Below, one piece after another: positions 36,937-54,004 of a DNA stretch of 64,000 nucleotides (its first letter is position 1; every line of letters begins with the position of its first letter). The position numbers and the translations under genes are program-made. Origin of the DNA: Zygnema circumcarinatum SAG 698-1b. Lineage: Eukaryota; Plantae; Zygnematophyceae. Below the pieces are notes generated by a model that saw only the letters and a list, made by a program, of their open reading frames with translations, was not told the DNA's origin and made no database searches. Location: positions 930,001 to 994,000 of the forward strand of contig CM074807.1 of assembly GCA_037447605.1 (NCBI GenBank), read 5' to 3'.

Positions 36937-37587
36937 GGCTCCCTCTGCCAAGCTCCCGGGCAGCTCCTCCTGCTTTAACCAGCTCCTGCTCCTGCTCAGC
37001 TCCTGCTGCTCCTGCTCCTGCTTCCTGCTCCTGCTTGGTGCTTACTCCTGCTTGGACAGAGAAATGCTCAGAAAGCATGGCTTAATCGGCCTCCAACCTT
37101 TCAAATTTTGAAGCAAGCAAGCGCTTGAAACTTTAAAAAGTTGAAAATGAACAAAACGAAACTTGAAAAGTTCTGCACCTTACAGAGTCCCATTCAGAGC
37201 TTTAGTCACAGAGCCGTGACTCAGTCAGCTCAGCTCCTCCTCCTTGGTCAGTCAGCTCCTCTGAGTTTTAATTAGAGAGAGGTGGCTAATTCTGAACTTG
37301 GCTAAAGTGGACTTTTTAGTTATCGCCTAATGACTAAATAACAGCAGTCCACTTCAGTATTTGAAGTATCACTAACTAACATCTAACCTTCTGACTAATG
37401 ACTTATGACTAAAGAAAGGTTACTTTTCCAGCCTCCTGCCATATACGTCCGTACATGTTCGTACCGTACCTTATGTACGACAAGTGCGGTAGTGTACGGA
37501 CCGTGGGACCTGCTCCGGCAGCAGCAGGAGCTTCTGTAGCGGCGCAAGGTGAAGCAGGAGCAGGAACAGGGGCAGGCAGAGGGAGCC

Positions 37588-40068
37588 ATGGCGCCAGCTG
37601 TAGCCACGGCCATGGCCATGGCGGGGCCGCTGCCGGGAGGCCTGCCGCCGCTCGCTGTCGACATCCGAAGCCTCACGGACGCGGGAGCCATGACACGTCT
37701 GCTGCACGAAACCATTGCGAGGGAGAGGGATATAGACACGGAGTTGGAGCACCTGCTGACTCAGCGGACCGAGCTGGAGAAGAAGCTGTTAGGGCTGCAC
37801 AAGGCAGGAAGCGTGCTGGAGCTCGTGAGGGCGGATGCAGATGCCATGCTTGCAAGCGTGCGTTCAACGTGTGCTTTGGCTGAGCATGTGAGTGGGAAGG
37901 TACGGGAGCTTGATCTCTCGCAGTCGAGAGTGCAGGAGACGATCACGCGTATTGAGGCGATCGTAGATAGGACGCATTGTATTGATGGTGTGAAGACAGC
38001 GCTGGATACGGAAGACTATGAAGCGGCAGCGAAATATGTCGAGAAATTTTTGCATCTTGATAGGGAGTTCCATGCATTTCCTGTAGGGGAGGGGCAGGGC
38101 GAGAGTGCCGTTGAACAGAAAAGGCAGTTGCTGGAATCAAAAGCGAAGCTGGAAGAGGTTATCAGGAGGAAGTTTGCTGAAGCAGCAGACAATCGGGATC
38201 AGGAAAGTGTGGAGAGGTTTGCAAAACTATTCGCTCCGCTTGGACTGCAGGAGGAAGGTTTAAGGTGTTTTGTTGGATACTTGAGAAAGGTAGTAGCCTT
38301 GAGAGCGAGGGAGGAATACGAATCATTAGTGGAAGCCCTGGATCCTGCTACAGCGCCGGTGGACTCAGCTGCACCAGACTTCGTTGAAACCATCACCAGC
38401 TTGTTCAGAGATGTTGCTCTCGGGGTAGAAAGCAACGAGGAGCTTCTCCGAGGAATTTACTCTGAAGACGGCATTGTTTACGCCATAAGGGAGTTGCAAG
38501 AGGAGGTAGAGACAAGGGGAACCACCATTGTAAAAAAGTATATCGAGGTCCGCAAGCTTTCTCGGCTTGCCAAGGATGTCGCTGCAGCGAAGAATGCTGT
38601 CGCGGCCGTTGTAGAAGGCCCAAACCCGAGAGATGTGGAGCTTTACTTGGAGGAGATGTTAATGCTATCCAAACGGAGCGAAGATTATGCGTCATTTATG
38701 TTGAATAAGTTGAGAGATGCTGAGCAATCAGGAGCACAAGTCAGTCCTCGAGCAGCCAACATGTTTAAAGTCGGCAATTTTAACCGTGCCATTCAAGAAC
38801 TAACCTCCTATTACGTCCTTTTAGAAGAGTTTTTCATGTGTGAAAACGTCAGGAAGGCCATTCGTATAGATGAATTGGTACCTGATGCCCTCACAACATC
38901 AATGGTGGATGATGTATTCTACATTCTACAGAACTGTGCCCGTAGAGCGATCTCGACGGGTAATGTTCAGCCGGTTTTGGCAGCTCTGAATTACATCAAT
39001 GGTCTGCTTAATGCTGATTTCAAGGAGGCGCTTCAAAGAAAGCTTCGTGAGCCAAATCTGGCTGCCCGACTGTTTCCTGCCGCTGGAGTGGCTGTACCTA
39101 AGACGGGGACTGAAATTGCTTCAGCCCTTAACAACGTTGATGTCAGTGCGGAATATGTCCTGAAGCTTCGGCATGACATTGACGAGCATTGTGGTGAGGT
39201 ATGGCTGCGTAAACTCCAGAAACACACACCTCAACTATGCAAGCAAGCTTCCGCTTTTGTGATTTTTCTTACCAGCTAGCCAAGTGCAACCATCCTTCAT
39301 GTACATCCATAAGAAGATGGACAATCATATGCGCAGAGTAATATATTGCCAAGGTGCTTCAGAAAAGCATTGCTCACATTTAGTTGTGCTTGTTAATCAT
39401 TAATTCTAAAAGTATTGCTTTGTTTTGCTGTGTCGCAGGTGTTTCCAGGGCCCGCCGAACGCGAGAAAGTGCGAACATGCCTCAACGATCTTGCTGAAAC
39501 CAGCAACGGATTTAAACAACTGGCAAACACCGGCTTGGAGGAACTGGCAAAGGGCATTACGCCGAGGCTACGGACCATACTTGACTCTCTTGGTACTGTT
39601 TCTTACGAACTGACGGAGGCGCAGTATGCAGAGAATGAAGTCAATGATCCGTGGGTCCAGAAGCTTCTTCTTGCAGTGGAGACTAGCGCTGTATGGCTGC
39701 AACCTCTGCTCACAACAAATAATTACGACTCTCTCGTACATCTCATCATTGACTTTATTGTGAAAAGGTTAGAGGTCATGATGACCCAGAAGAGATTCAA
39801 CCAGCTTGGAGGGCTGCAGCTCGACAGAGACGCCCGGACTTTACTCGTTCACTTTTCAGGGATGACTTCTCGCACGGTTAGGGATAAGTTCGCTCGGCTA
39901 ACTCAAATGGCTCAGATCTTGAATTTAGAGAAGGTTACTGAGATATTGGACTATTGGGGAGAGAATTCGGGTCCGACAACATGGCGGTTAACGCCTGCAG
40001 AGGTTCGGACAATTTTAGGACTGCGGATAGATTTCAAGCACGAGGCTATAAACCAATTGCGTTTGTAG
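37588..40068 (+). CDS. COG4: Conserved oligomeric Golgi complex subunit 4, 2 exons
   Basis: Exons 37588-39198 and 39439-40068. MTRLLHETIARER, VSGKVRELDLSQSRV, LTTSMVDDVFYILQ, KRFNQLGGLQLDRDAR, VRDKFARLTQMAQILNLEKVTEILDYWGENSGPTTWRLTPAEVR. Confidence 0.96.
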
Positions 40069-40231
40069 TACTCTCGGAAGAATGCTTTGGTTTACTTTTT
40101 GCTCTAACAGTTGGTTCTTCAGGAGGCGGTTTACTTGTGACTACTTGTGCTTGACATGTGGAGCTGTTCGAGCCAAGCAGGTAGCTTAGTGTAGGGGGTG
40201 GCAATTTTACGGTCATAATCTGTACACTTAG

Positions 40232-40572
40232 TCAATCGAGGATGTCCGGTTTTTGCCTCTTATTGTGTACGCTTCACGAAAACGCGTATCGTTCCTTACT
40301 TGTTTTTTTGACTTCTTACTCGTCTCTCAATAATGCACCTTCTGCATGAAACAAGCGAACTGTCAGAGCACGCTCACATGCACTAAGCTGATTTGCAACA
40401 CAGACAATCGAGGATGTCCGGTTTTTGCCTCTTACTGTGTACGCTTCACGAAAACGCGTATCGTTCCTTACTTGTTTTACTTCTTACTCGTCCCTCAATA
40501 ATGCACCTTCTGCATGAAACAAGCGAACTGTCAGAGTACGCTCACATTCACTAAACTGATTTGCAACACAGA
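40232..40572. repeat. Tandem duplication of about 170 bp downstream of COG4
   Basis: CAATCGAGGATGTCCGG...GATTTGCAACACAGA at 40232-40404 and 40405-40572, with a few substitutions and a small indel. Confidence 0.92.
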
Positions 40573-41189
40573 CTTTACTTGGTTCTCAATCAACAGCCAC
40601 TGCTGACAGACACTAAAGCTGTTTTGAAGAGGTCACCGTCACCTGGCCATCTCTGAATTGTGGCTGATTTTGGAGCTTAAAAGAAACCTGAGATTCTGCA
40701 GAGGCATGTTCGTCCATTTCCTCTGCGACTGTGCTGCCTGGTCGTGACAATAGCAGCCAACTATATTCCTGACGACGATGAACGACCATCATAGTGATAA
40801 GGTAACTTTCATAAGGAGTCTACAAAATCAGGGGAAAGTGGGCGAGAACACAAACAGAGTGCCCTGAAAGAACCCTTCGGACAATGCCAATATTTCTTCG
40901 CCTATCCCCTGGTTTACATGCAAACGCAAACGGTTTTGTCCTTGCGCACGTTCCAAAGCGATCCAGGTAAAAAGACCGCCTGAGGATTCAAAATGTACAA
41001 ACGCCTCCAGGATTTACAAGTGCAATATCATCCTCTCAACTAGGGTAGAACCATCCATAACCAGGAAGCGTAATATGCAACGAGCATATTCAAAAGCCAG
41101 AAGGAAAGTGAGATAAACGATTAAACTCTTTCCAAACACAATAAATAAACATTTGTTTCCCAACTTCATAAGCTCTTACTTTTCTAGTT

Positions 41190-41930
41190 CTATAGAGCTC
41201 TAGCAAGGGAAATCGCTTGTTGACAATGTACCTTGGCTTGCTCAAGCCTATCTAGCAAAGTCTGAGGCTTCTGTGCAGAAGCAACCAGATCCATGTCCAT
41301 AGTCAGCAATTTAGTAACTCTCAGAAGCTCAAAAACTATTTGCTGTTTCTCTTCATCGTCCCATAGTGAATCAGCATCACTCTTTACGCGCTCCAGCACT
41401 ACATATCCGGCAGCAGCCATGCTGGCGCCTGAACCGAATGGCCGCTCCAATAAACCGCTGAAAACCACCAGAACATTTACTATTTTGTCCTTTATACTTG
41501 CTACGCTTGCTTTTCTTCTTTGCAGCTCCGCAGCTTCTAATTCCTTAACTTCATTTTCAGCTGGCTGCATGGTGTCGGTCCCAGTTGAAGCAAGCACCAA
41601 GTCTTCCTTTGCCTCTTCAGAAGGTAAAGCCTGACAGCGAACAGTACTGCTACGAGCTGCTCTACCTTCATCCATGGAGCCGAGCCTCTTCCATTGAGCA
41701 GTGGCCTCCTGCACCTGCAGCTCCCTCCCGCCAGACTTGGGCTTGCAAGGCTGAGCACGAGCCCCGAGTCTCTTGAGACAGGCGCTTTTGAGAGTCTGCA
41801 CACCTCGTCCTCCTGCGACTGTCATGAAGCTCGGGACAATTTGCAGAACTGTGATGTTTTGAAGTGTTTTGCAAGAGTGAAAAGTGGCCGTGGAGCATGT
41901 CGCAATGAAAGGAGAAGCGCAGGGAGCCAT
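41190..41930 (-). CDS. Intronless hypothetical protein, predicted plastid-targeted, helical C-terminal domain
   Basis: 246-aa ORF from ATG 41930. S/T/C/R-rich N-terminus, a VRCQA cleavage-like motif, then an amphipathic helical region (ERPFGSGAS...FELLRVTKLLTMDMDLV...LLDRLEQAKVHCQQAISLARAL). Family not recognised. Confidence 0.7.
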   Translation of the reverse strand: MAPCASPFIATCSTATFHSCKTLQNITVLQIVPSFMTVAGGRGVQTLKSACLKRLGARAQPCKPKSGGRELQVQEATAQWKRLGSMDEGRAARSSTVRCQALPSEEAKEDLVLASTGTDTMQPAENEVKELEAAELQRRKASVASIKDKIVNVLVVFSGLLERPFGSGASMAAAGYVVLERVKSDADSLWDDEEKQQIVFELLRVTKLLTMDMDLVASAQKPQTLLDRLEQAKVHCQQAISLARAL

Positions 41931-42536
41931 TGTAAACCGCTTCCCCTGCTCTGCCAAACTATAAATAAAAAAAACTCAAGAATCAAACGAATTCCAAGAA
42001 TCTAAAGAATGTCAAGTAGAAGTCGAATGGGAGTAAGAAGGAGATGCAGTCGAGGCGAGAGAGAGCGTTGCGGCATATGCCTGCAAATGAGAGAGTTCCC
42101 TGGAGCTTGAAAAGCACGGACGGACGCTGGGACACCACATGACGGACGCCGGTAAATACACTGAAGGACAATTATTTTTGCATTTGAAGGACAGGAAAAT
42201 TTTTGCGAAAGAATATGCTTCTCTCCAGTCCTTCGTGGTTCCACATTTTGCCTTTGTCCATGTACATTTGATGGCCTCGCCATCGTGAGTTCAATGAAAG
42301 TTTTCCCTTTCTCCTCAAGCCTTGATTTATTTCAATACAGATCTTCATAGAAAAAGGGGAGGGGGAAAGAACGCGCAGGAAGGCGACGCTGGAAATTTCA
42401 TGCAATGACTATCTTAGATTTCTTTTTGCTTTGAATCAGAGCTGGAATTATGCTGCTTTTGTAGAGTGAAATCAGCTCTATTTGGAACTGAGGACTGGTC
42501 CGTGGCTCTACTCTCGCCTTGCTTTATTTCCCATCA

Positions 42537-45500
42537 TGGAATTCTCAAGCTACAATACAAGACCTTTAAGCTCGCCAGGAGTAGCTGCATCCCAGCAAAC
42601 AGTGCATAGCTTCTGTTTTCTCAAGTTTCATGGCGATATAGTGAAGCATTCGAAGTTGGGAGGCTGTCAGCTGAATCATTGTTCGTCTTTCGACGGGAAG
42701 CGACTTCACATAAAGCGAAATGCAGACTGTGGAAAACTGGCCTTCGGCAAGGCGAAAGTTAATGAAGAATGCACATCAGGCTTAATACGAGGCAGCAAGG
42801 CAGGTGAAATTGAAACTCAAGTTACAATTTTTTTTCAAATGTGTATGCGCAAAACTAAAATATCTTTCCTTACCATAATGCCATGTTAATCTGACTCAAC
42901 AACTAACCCTTGTTTAAGGAAAGGAAAAGTCAGTCATTTTGTCTCAATCACACGGTTCTGTTGTTTCTGCTCCTTGGCTTTCGTCACGTTTTGGTTGCCA
43001 TTAAATAGCAATGAAGACATTCTCGTTATGCGTATAGTGGCCAGACATTGCGAAGCAGGCATGCAAGTTTTCTAGACTTTCTTTTTTGCTCTTGTAAAAA
43101 CGTAGTTCACGTCTTCTAATAAAATCTTGAACTTGAGATAAAGCAATAATGCCGCACATCGTAATGTGTTCCATAGGCACCTCTGTCGTCAACGCAAAGG
43201 CTTCGTTACCAACTTTCCTTGCTTCAGCTGATCAATTGCACCCGCAATAATGCAGGAGTCCTACTGCCTTGGTATCACAGTCTACTCTCTGACGATGCTT
43301 TTTGGAATCACATTGTCATGCTTTGCAGAGCGACCAAACAGAAGAAAGAAAGCCTCATTTGCTGCTTCCTTCAGCAAAGAGCATGGAGGAGATCTATGAT
43401 GCGCTGGCACAACGGCTGATGACTGCAGCAGAAACTGCGACCGGAGAGCATAAGTATTTTGTTGCTTTGGCGGGCTCACCCGGAGCCGGCAAAAGCACTG
43501 TTGCAGCTGAGGTAGTCCGTCGAGTGAATGCAGCGCAGAAAGAAGTCAGCGGAAGTGCTGGCCCGGACTTGGCCGCGGCTGTTCCAATGGACGGCTTCCA
43601 CTTATACAAATGGCAGCTCGATTGCTTCAAGGTTTGATTCCTCTAAGTTCTCTAAGTTGTCTGTCAGATCGAGAAGAAGGACTCCATTGAGTTATGGGAT
43701 GCATTTCTGGCAGGATTCGTACACTAGTTTCCACTCTTATCCGATTGTTCTTGAATGTAATTGTGACAGTATGAGGATATTTAGCGAGGTTGGGATCACA
43801 GTAACAAGGTTTACCTTAGCTTGCCCGCTACGAAGGTTGAGATTGAACGAAACCGTACATTATGCAATTCGGATTGTCATTGTCAGAGATTAAGATGATG
43901 TGAAACGAACAGATCCATGCCTTATTATTTTGAAGACTGATCGATAGGATTCCTTACTACTAGAAATGTAGGCGATCAGACCAATACTTCCTCCTTGCCA
44001 AATCGAAATCTGGAGTCACGACTCTGTGAGCACATTATGACATATTCCATAGAGGAATCATCAACAGTTAGTTGAGTGGTGTTTACAAAAAGCTTTCTTG
44101 AGTCTAGAGTTTAGCTAAGGAGTAACTTATAGAACTTGTGGGGAATGGGACACAAAGCAGGATCCAAAGGAGGCGCGTGCTCGCAGAGGAGGTGAGCTGC
44201 GTTCAACCCAGAATAGATTGCATCTCCACAAATAGCACCATTTCATGTGGAGTTCATGAAACTTTAGCAAAGGTTGAGAAGAGACAGCTCGGTCTGATTA
44301 TGAGAGTGCTTTCCGGAACAGTTTAACGTGATGGCTTAGCCTCATGGAGTGCAGGTCGTCAGACAAATTTCAAAATGATTATTCTGAGAGGCTAAGTATT
44401 CAATCACTAATAATCTCCTTCGTTTGAAGCCATTTCGATAGAGATGTCTTATATCGGCGAATAGCAAAGCTCCTAACTGTGCGATTCTGGTGAAACAGCT
44501 CCTTGGACCTTTAATCCTGAGGCTCTCACTCGGCATTTGGCACGTATTCGGGCAAAGGTGGGGTCCACTTGATCAGAAATTTCCATGTAGTTTTGTGTTA
44601 TATTACTAGACATACAGTCCCCGCCTTTACTAGCCGTAGTATTCTCCTGTGAAAGGAGGCCCATATTATACAACTGGCAGTACAGTATTGAACTGCCAAT
44701 GAGCTCAGGGTTGGATGGCAGGGCAGCGGATATCTGCCATCTTTTAATCATGGGGTTGGAGACCCTGTGGAGAGAGACATTTTTGTGAATCCGGAGTAAG
44801 CTGCCAAACGAGAGGGGGTTTCCCGCTGCTTAACTGAAGTCAATGCTTTGTGCTTAAGGGTGCCATGATATATAATTTACAGTCGGCTCGTTGGCAGTTT
44901 ACAATCCCTATTTCACGAGTGCTTGCATCAATAGCTCCCATGCGATGGTTTCCCCACCCTGCATTCGACATTGACTGAGTCAATCGTTGTGGCGGAGGGT
45001 TGTGCAGGGTCCGAGTTGTAGTGGTGGAGGGCAATTACTTGCTGCTTGACGAGGACTCATGGTCCAATTTAGGTCCATTGTTTGATGAGAAATGGTAAGG
45101 GCTATTTATTCACTGAAGGTTGTACTCCTTGCCAATGTTCTGACAGGCGAAAGCTCCTATCATATTCATGAATGTTTAGAAGTCGGCGTGTTGTCGTTTG
45201 GGCAATGCTAAACCCCTCTACGTACATTGAATCGTGAGAGCGGGGGGGAGGGGGAGGGGAGAGGGAAGGGGAGGGGTAGGGGGATGGGGAAGAAGGGAGA
45301 GAGGAAAGGAGAGGGGAGAGAGAGAGAGAGAGGAGGGAGGGGGTGAGGGGGGAAAACGGCGCGAGAGCGGGGAGGGCGAGGGGGGGGACAGGGGATGAGG
45401 AGAGGGAGAAAGAGAGAGGGAGGGCGAGAGAGAGTGTGAGGGAGGAAGAGAAGTAACGCCGCGTGCCGCAGTTTGGTGCTACTCCAGGTTCATTGACGTG

Positions 45501-46137
45501 GACCTTGATGAGGCCATGCAGCGTGTTGAAAAACGACACGTGGCAACAGGTAAACATCGGGCACCTCGCAAGCAGTTCCTTCCACACCACCTGAGGAAGG
45601 TGCTCTGTCATTGTGACGGGGAATGTGTGCAGATGCATCTCAATACCACCTCAATGCATGTCTCGGAGTCAAAGAATGGGCAGTGCAAAAATACGTTGGT
45701 TCTTTTCGGCAGAAGCTTATTCAAGGCGTTCGTTCATGCATTGGCCGTCTCTTTTATCTTCCTTTGACGCATTTGAATGTCCTCTCTGCCTTGCTTTTGG
45801 TTGTTCCAGGGAAGCCACCAGATGTTGCCAAGTGGAGGGTAAGATCTATATGCTCAGAAACATGTCATTAGACCCTACTGCATCCAGAGACTTCTCTAAT
45901 GTTGGGTTTTTTCTGATACGGTTATTCTGCTGCAATGCTATCAGTGAGTATGATTGCCAGATTTGCTTGCCAGCCTTCAGCACTTAGGCTGGAATGTCTG
46001 TTTCCTTATGAAGGGTTCCGCTTTTCATCATTCAGATCAGCTACAACGATCGCCCTAATGCGGAGCTGATCATGAAGACTAAGGACCGGGCTGACGTCAT
46101 CATCCCTTCACTCCCTGAGGCTCGATTTGGCGGCTGA
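42537..46137 (+). CDS. P-loop kinase, uridine/pantothenate kinase-like (YggC/YFH7 type)
   Basis: Walker A LAGSPGAGKST, PMDGFHLY, DPKEARARRG/APWTFNP, YLPSFNHGVGDPVERDI, VVVVEGNYLLL, WFIDVDLDEAMQRVEKRHVATGK, ISYNDRPNAELI. Stop at 46137. The 5' exon and start are uncertain; the core begins at about 43329-43383. Confidence 0.88.
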
Positions 46138-47226
46138 AGGCGCATCGTTTCGGAGGGGAGAGAGCTGCTCATCTCCTCCTCCTTTTGTTTTTTTAGAGAT
46201 TGAAAGAGAAGGGCAAGAATCTGCAGAACCCTGTGCCTTGTTTGAAGCTCAAGCAGCATATGTGGAACCCCCTTTAAAAACACCACAAGGTTTGTCGTAA
46301 TGTGAGAGAGAGCCTTATGCGACCTTCAGCCTTTAGGGAGGAATGGAGTTGGAAGTTTTCCAGGGTATATTCCGCCTCATGAGGCACATAGACTTCAAAT
46401 TTTGCATGGCGTCTATGTAGTCTCCTTCTTTCTAGTTTGACGAGGACTATCCAATTAGCGGACATGTTCCAGTCTGTTTGAGGATTAATTGGAGGACTTG
46501 AAAGCCTCTGTTGGACCGACTTTCTGTTGAACTCTACTTTTTCATCTGTGATTAATTTTGTTTTAGTTGGTTCATGGTCGGTACAGCCCCATGGCGTGGA
46601 TACTCCTAAGAATTTGCTAGAGTTAAATTTGCAAGGTTTATTGAATCGCAGAGTCAATGCCAACAAGAAGAGGAAGAAGAGGAAGCTACAGAGGAACTGA
46701 AAACCCAAAACCCAAAACCCAAAACCAGAAACCAGAAACCCTGTTCTATGAGTGTCGAGAATCAGTTCTAACACCAACGCGAACGACAAATTGTAACTGT
46801 AACTGGAACGGTAACTGTGACGCTGCCAGTTCAACTAAATAGCACGTCAGTAAAGCCATGTCAGCAGGATCTCTAGACACCCTCTGATTGGCTGCAAAAG
46901 ATTTCGCACGTAGGCCCTCCCTATTATCAGCCCGTCGCACGATGACGTCGTCTACCGTCATCAAGTTTCCAGCTTCTGACAAACCGGAAACCCGCGGTTT
47001 CGTACCTGCCCGCACCATTCGTTCTAAATGGGCTAAAGCAGCAAAAAATATCGCTTAAAAAAGTCTCCTGAACCCATTCCCCTTATTTTCCTTTATTTTT
47101 GCAACTTATTTGGATTCGAGGGTTCAGGGCCGTGTCGGCGGCTCGGCCCCAAATCCCCTCCGGGCCCCACAGCTGGTCCCTTTCGCCCTCGTTTGGAAGG
47201 AAGCAGGAGGAGAGCAGCCCGCCGCC

Positions 47227-47653
47227 ATGAGAGCCAAGGTGAGCTCCGGGCCTGAGCTGCCCCTGCTTCAGGCCATGGCGGGCGGGCAGGCGTTCAGAGG
47301 ATGGGGGCAGTGGGAGCTGTCGAGAGCTCCAGCTTTCTGAGGCTTTTTAGGGCTGAGTTTGGTGTGGAGGGGAGGGGGTAGAGGAAGTTTTGGCTGTTGG
47401 GTTTGTTTTTGGAAAGGGTGTTGGTGGGTTGAAAGGCTTTTCATAGTGGCGAATGTGAAGATTGTGGGCGGGATGTGTGTGTTGCGTGAGTTTGGTGAAG
47501 TGTTTGGATCTGCAGCCTTTGATTAGGGTTTCGTGAGACTTCATTTGACGAGGAGATATCGGACGTGTTTGTGTGTGGTTTTTGCAGTGGAAGAAGAAGC
47601 GCATGCGTCGCCTGAAGCGGAAGCGCAGGAAGATGCGCCAAAGATCGAAGTAA
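47227..47653 (+). CDS. RPL41: Ribosomal protein eL41 (25 aa), 2 exons
   Basis: ATGAGAGCCAAG|gtgagc at 47227-47238 spliced to 47588-47653 gives [25 protein letters not shown], the canonical plant L41. Confidence 0.98.
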
Positions 47654-49313
47654 GCTCCTTGGGCCGATAGGATGGTGGGTGAAGAGCCATCGGAGGCCAT
47701 GGCTGTCAATTTGCGTCGACGGAGGCATGACCATCATGCATATTGACTGCGATATGGGAGGGAGCAAGCTTTGAAGAGCAGAGGAGAAAACGCTTTGGGG
47801 GTTTTGCCAACGACTCTTTTACCGTTTTGGGGCACTGTAAAGATTGGTACCTTCTCACTATCTTTGACGGAAGGTCGAGATATGGCCCCGCGTAGTGAGG
47901 TTATAGCTAGAGTGTCGGCAAGCTCAGGCCCTGCTGTCACGTCACGTTAAGGGCTCGAACGCCTTGCACATCTTGTCTGGAAGTCAAAGTTTGAGCTGAG
48001 AAATCTAATCGAACCTTGTCTCGACTTCTCTCCACTGCACCTTTCCTGCCTGTTTGTGTTCGATTGAGGCAAGCTCTGTTCGATGGTCGTCCTGGAATGA
48101 TGAAATGCGTACCTGTCATATCGAAGGCTTTTCTCCACCTTTCTGTGTTTGTTTGTTTTTCTAAAACTTCTCTCTACTTTTCAATGGATGTAATCTTATG
48201 GATAGAACTTATGTCAGTCTTCTCTTGTTTCTTCAACTGGCTGACTCGGACCGTTTGAGCACGTTAATTAAGTCTGGTGGACATGCCATTTTTTGACATT
48301 TCTCGAAGACATGGAATTCGAAACCAGTACATGCATTCCTGTGAAGCTAGTAGGAAGCGCATAATCACAAGAACTGTTCTCGAGATGGTAAATTCTGAAT
48401 GTCGAAGTTCGACATGCCCCACTGCCTGGCAGAAAGGATTTGAAATTTCGTGGTATTTGTAAACTTCTGTAGTTATCAGGGGGGAACCAATATTTAGTTT
48501 ATGGCTGTGCTGTCTGTAAATGAGACATTCAGAAGATGGCTTGACTGTAGTTTCACTCATAAGCATGTTTTACGAGCATGCATTGCACACAGACCATATG
48601 ACCCTTTTGAGGAAAATTTAGGGCCATTCTAATAAAAACAATTGAAACTGAAGTGAAATACATTATCACAGCAACGACCACTTGTTGAAAAAAGTCATCA
48701 AACCAAGAAGCACAAAAAAAAATTGCGTCTACTCTAGAATCAACTGCAGCACACAGGTAGCAGGGACTCCTTGCCTGCACCATACATGCTTCCTTCAGAA
48801 AGCCAGTGCCAAATGTTCCAAAAATCCAAGTGTTGTGTACAACGACCTACAAAGTTCGAGGAATTGAATGCTTAGATGATGGCCTCTCTGCTCTAAGCCG
48901 CACCTGCGTACAAGTGAAGGGGCTTAACTTTATCGAGGGAATAAACTTGAGGAGCAGAAAGAAAGCCCCTAGACCTGTCTACATGTGCTCCAAATATCCT
49001 TACTCTCTACCGCCCATGAATTGTACAATCCCTTCTGCCTTCCTGAGTGTTCCAAAAGGCAAAAGTTGCTCCCGAGCTGCCGAAGTGTTGTCCTAACCGG
49101 GGCCACAGTTTTAAGGCCCTGACTGAATCTTGAACTGAGACAACAATAAAAAAATACCGCAAAGACCTGCACTTGATGCAGCACCTACAGTCACAAGATT
49201 ATTACAAGTTGCAAGAGTTGCCCTGCAAGAGACTTCGCTTGGTAAGGCCACCCTGTTCGGGAGGACAATGATGACTCTGATGGCGATGATGATGTTCAAC
49301 ACGGTGATCATGA

Positions 49314-53855
<4,542 letters not shown>

Positions 53856-53972
53856 GGCGGCAAGAGGGAGCATTCGCACCGCCGGGGCACTCTGCAGGTG
53901 GAGAGAGAGAGGAGGGAAGGAGAGGGAGGGAGGGAGAGAGAGAGAGAGAGAGGGGGGGGGGGNNNNNNNNNN

Positions 53973-53973
53973 G

Positions 53974-54004
<31 letters not shown>

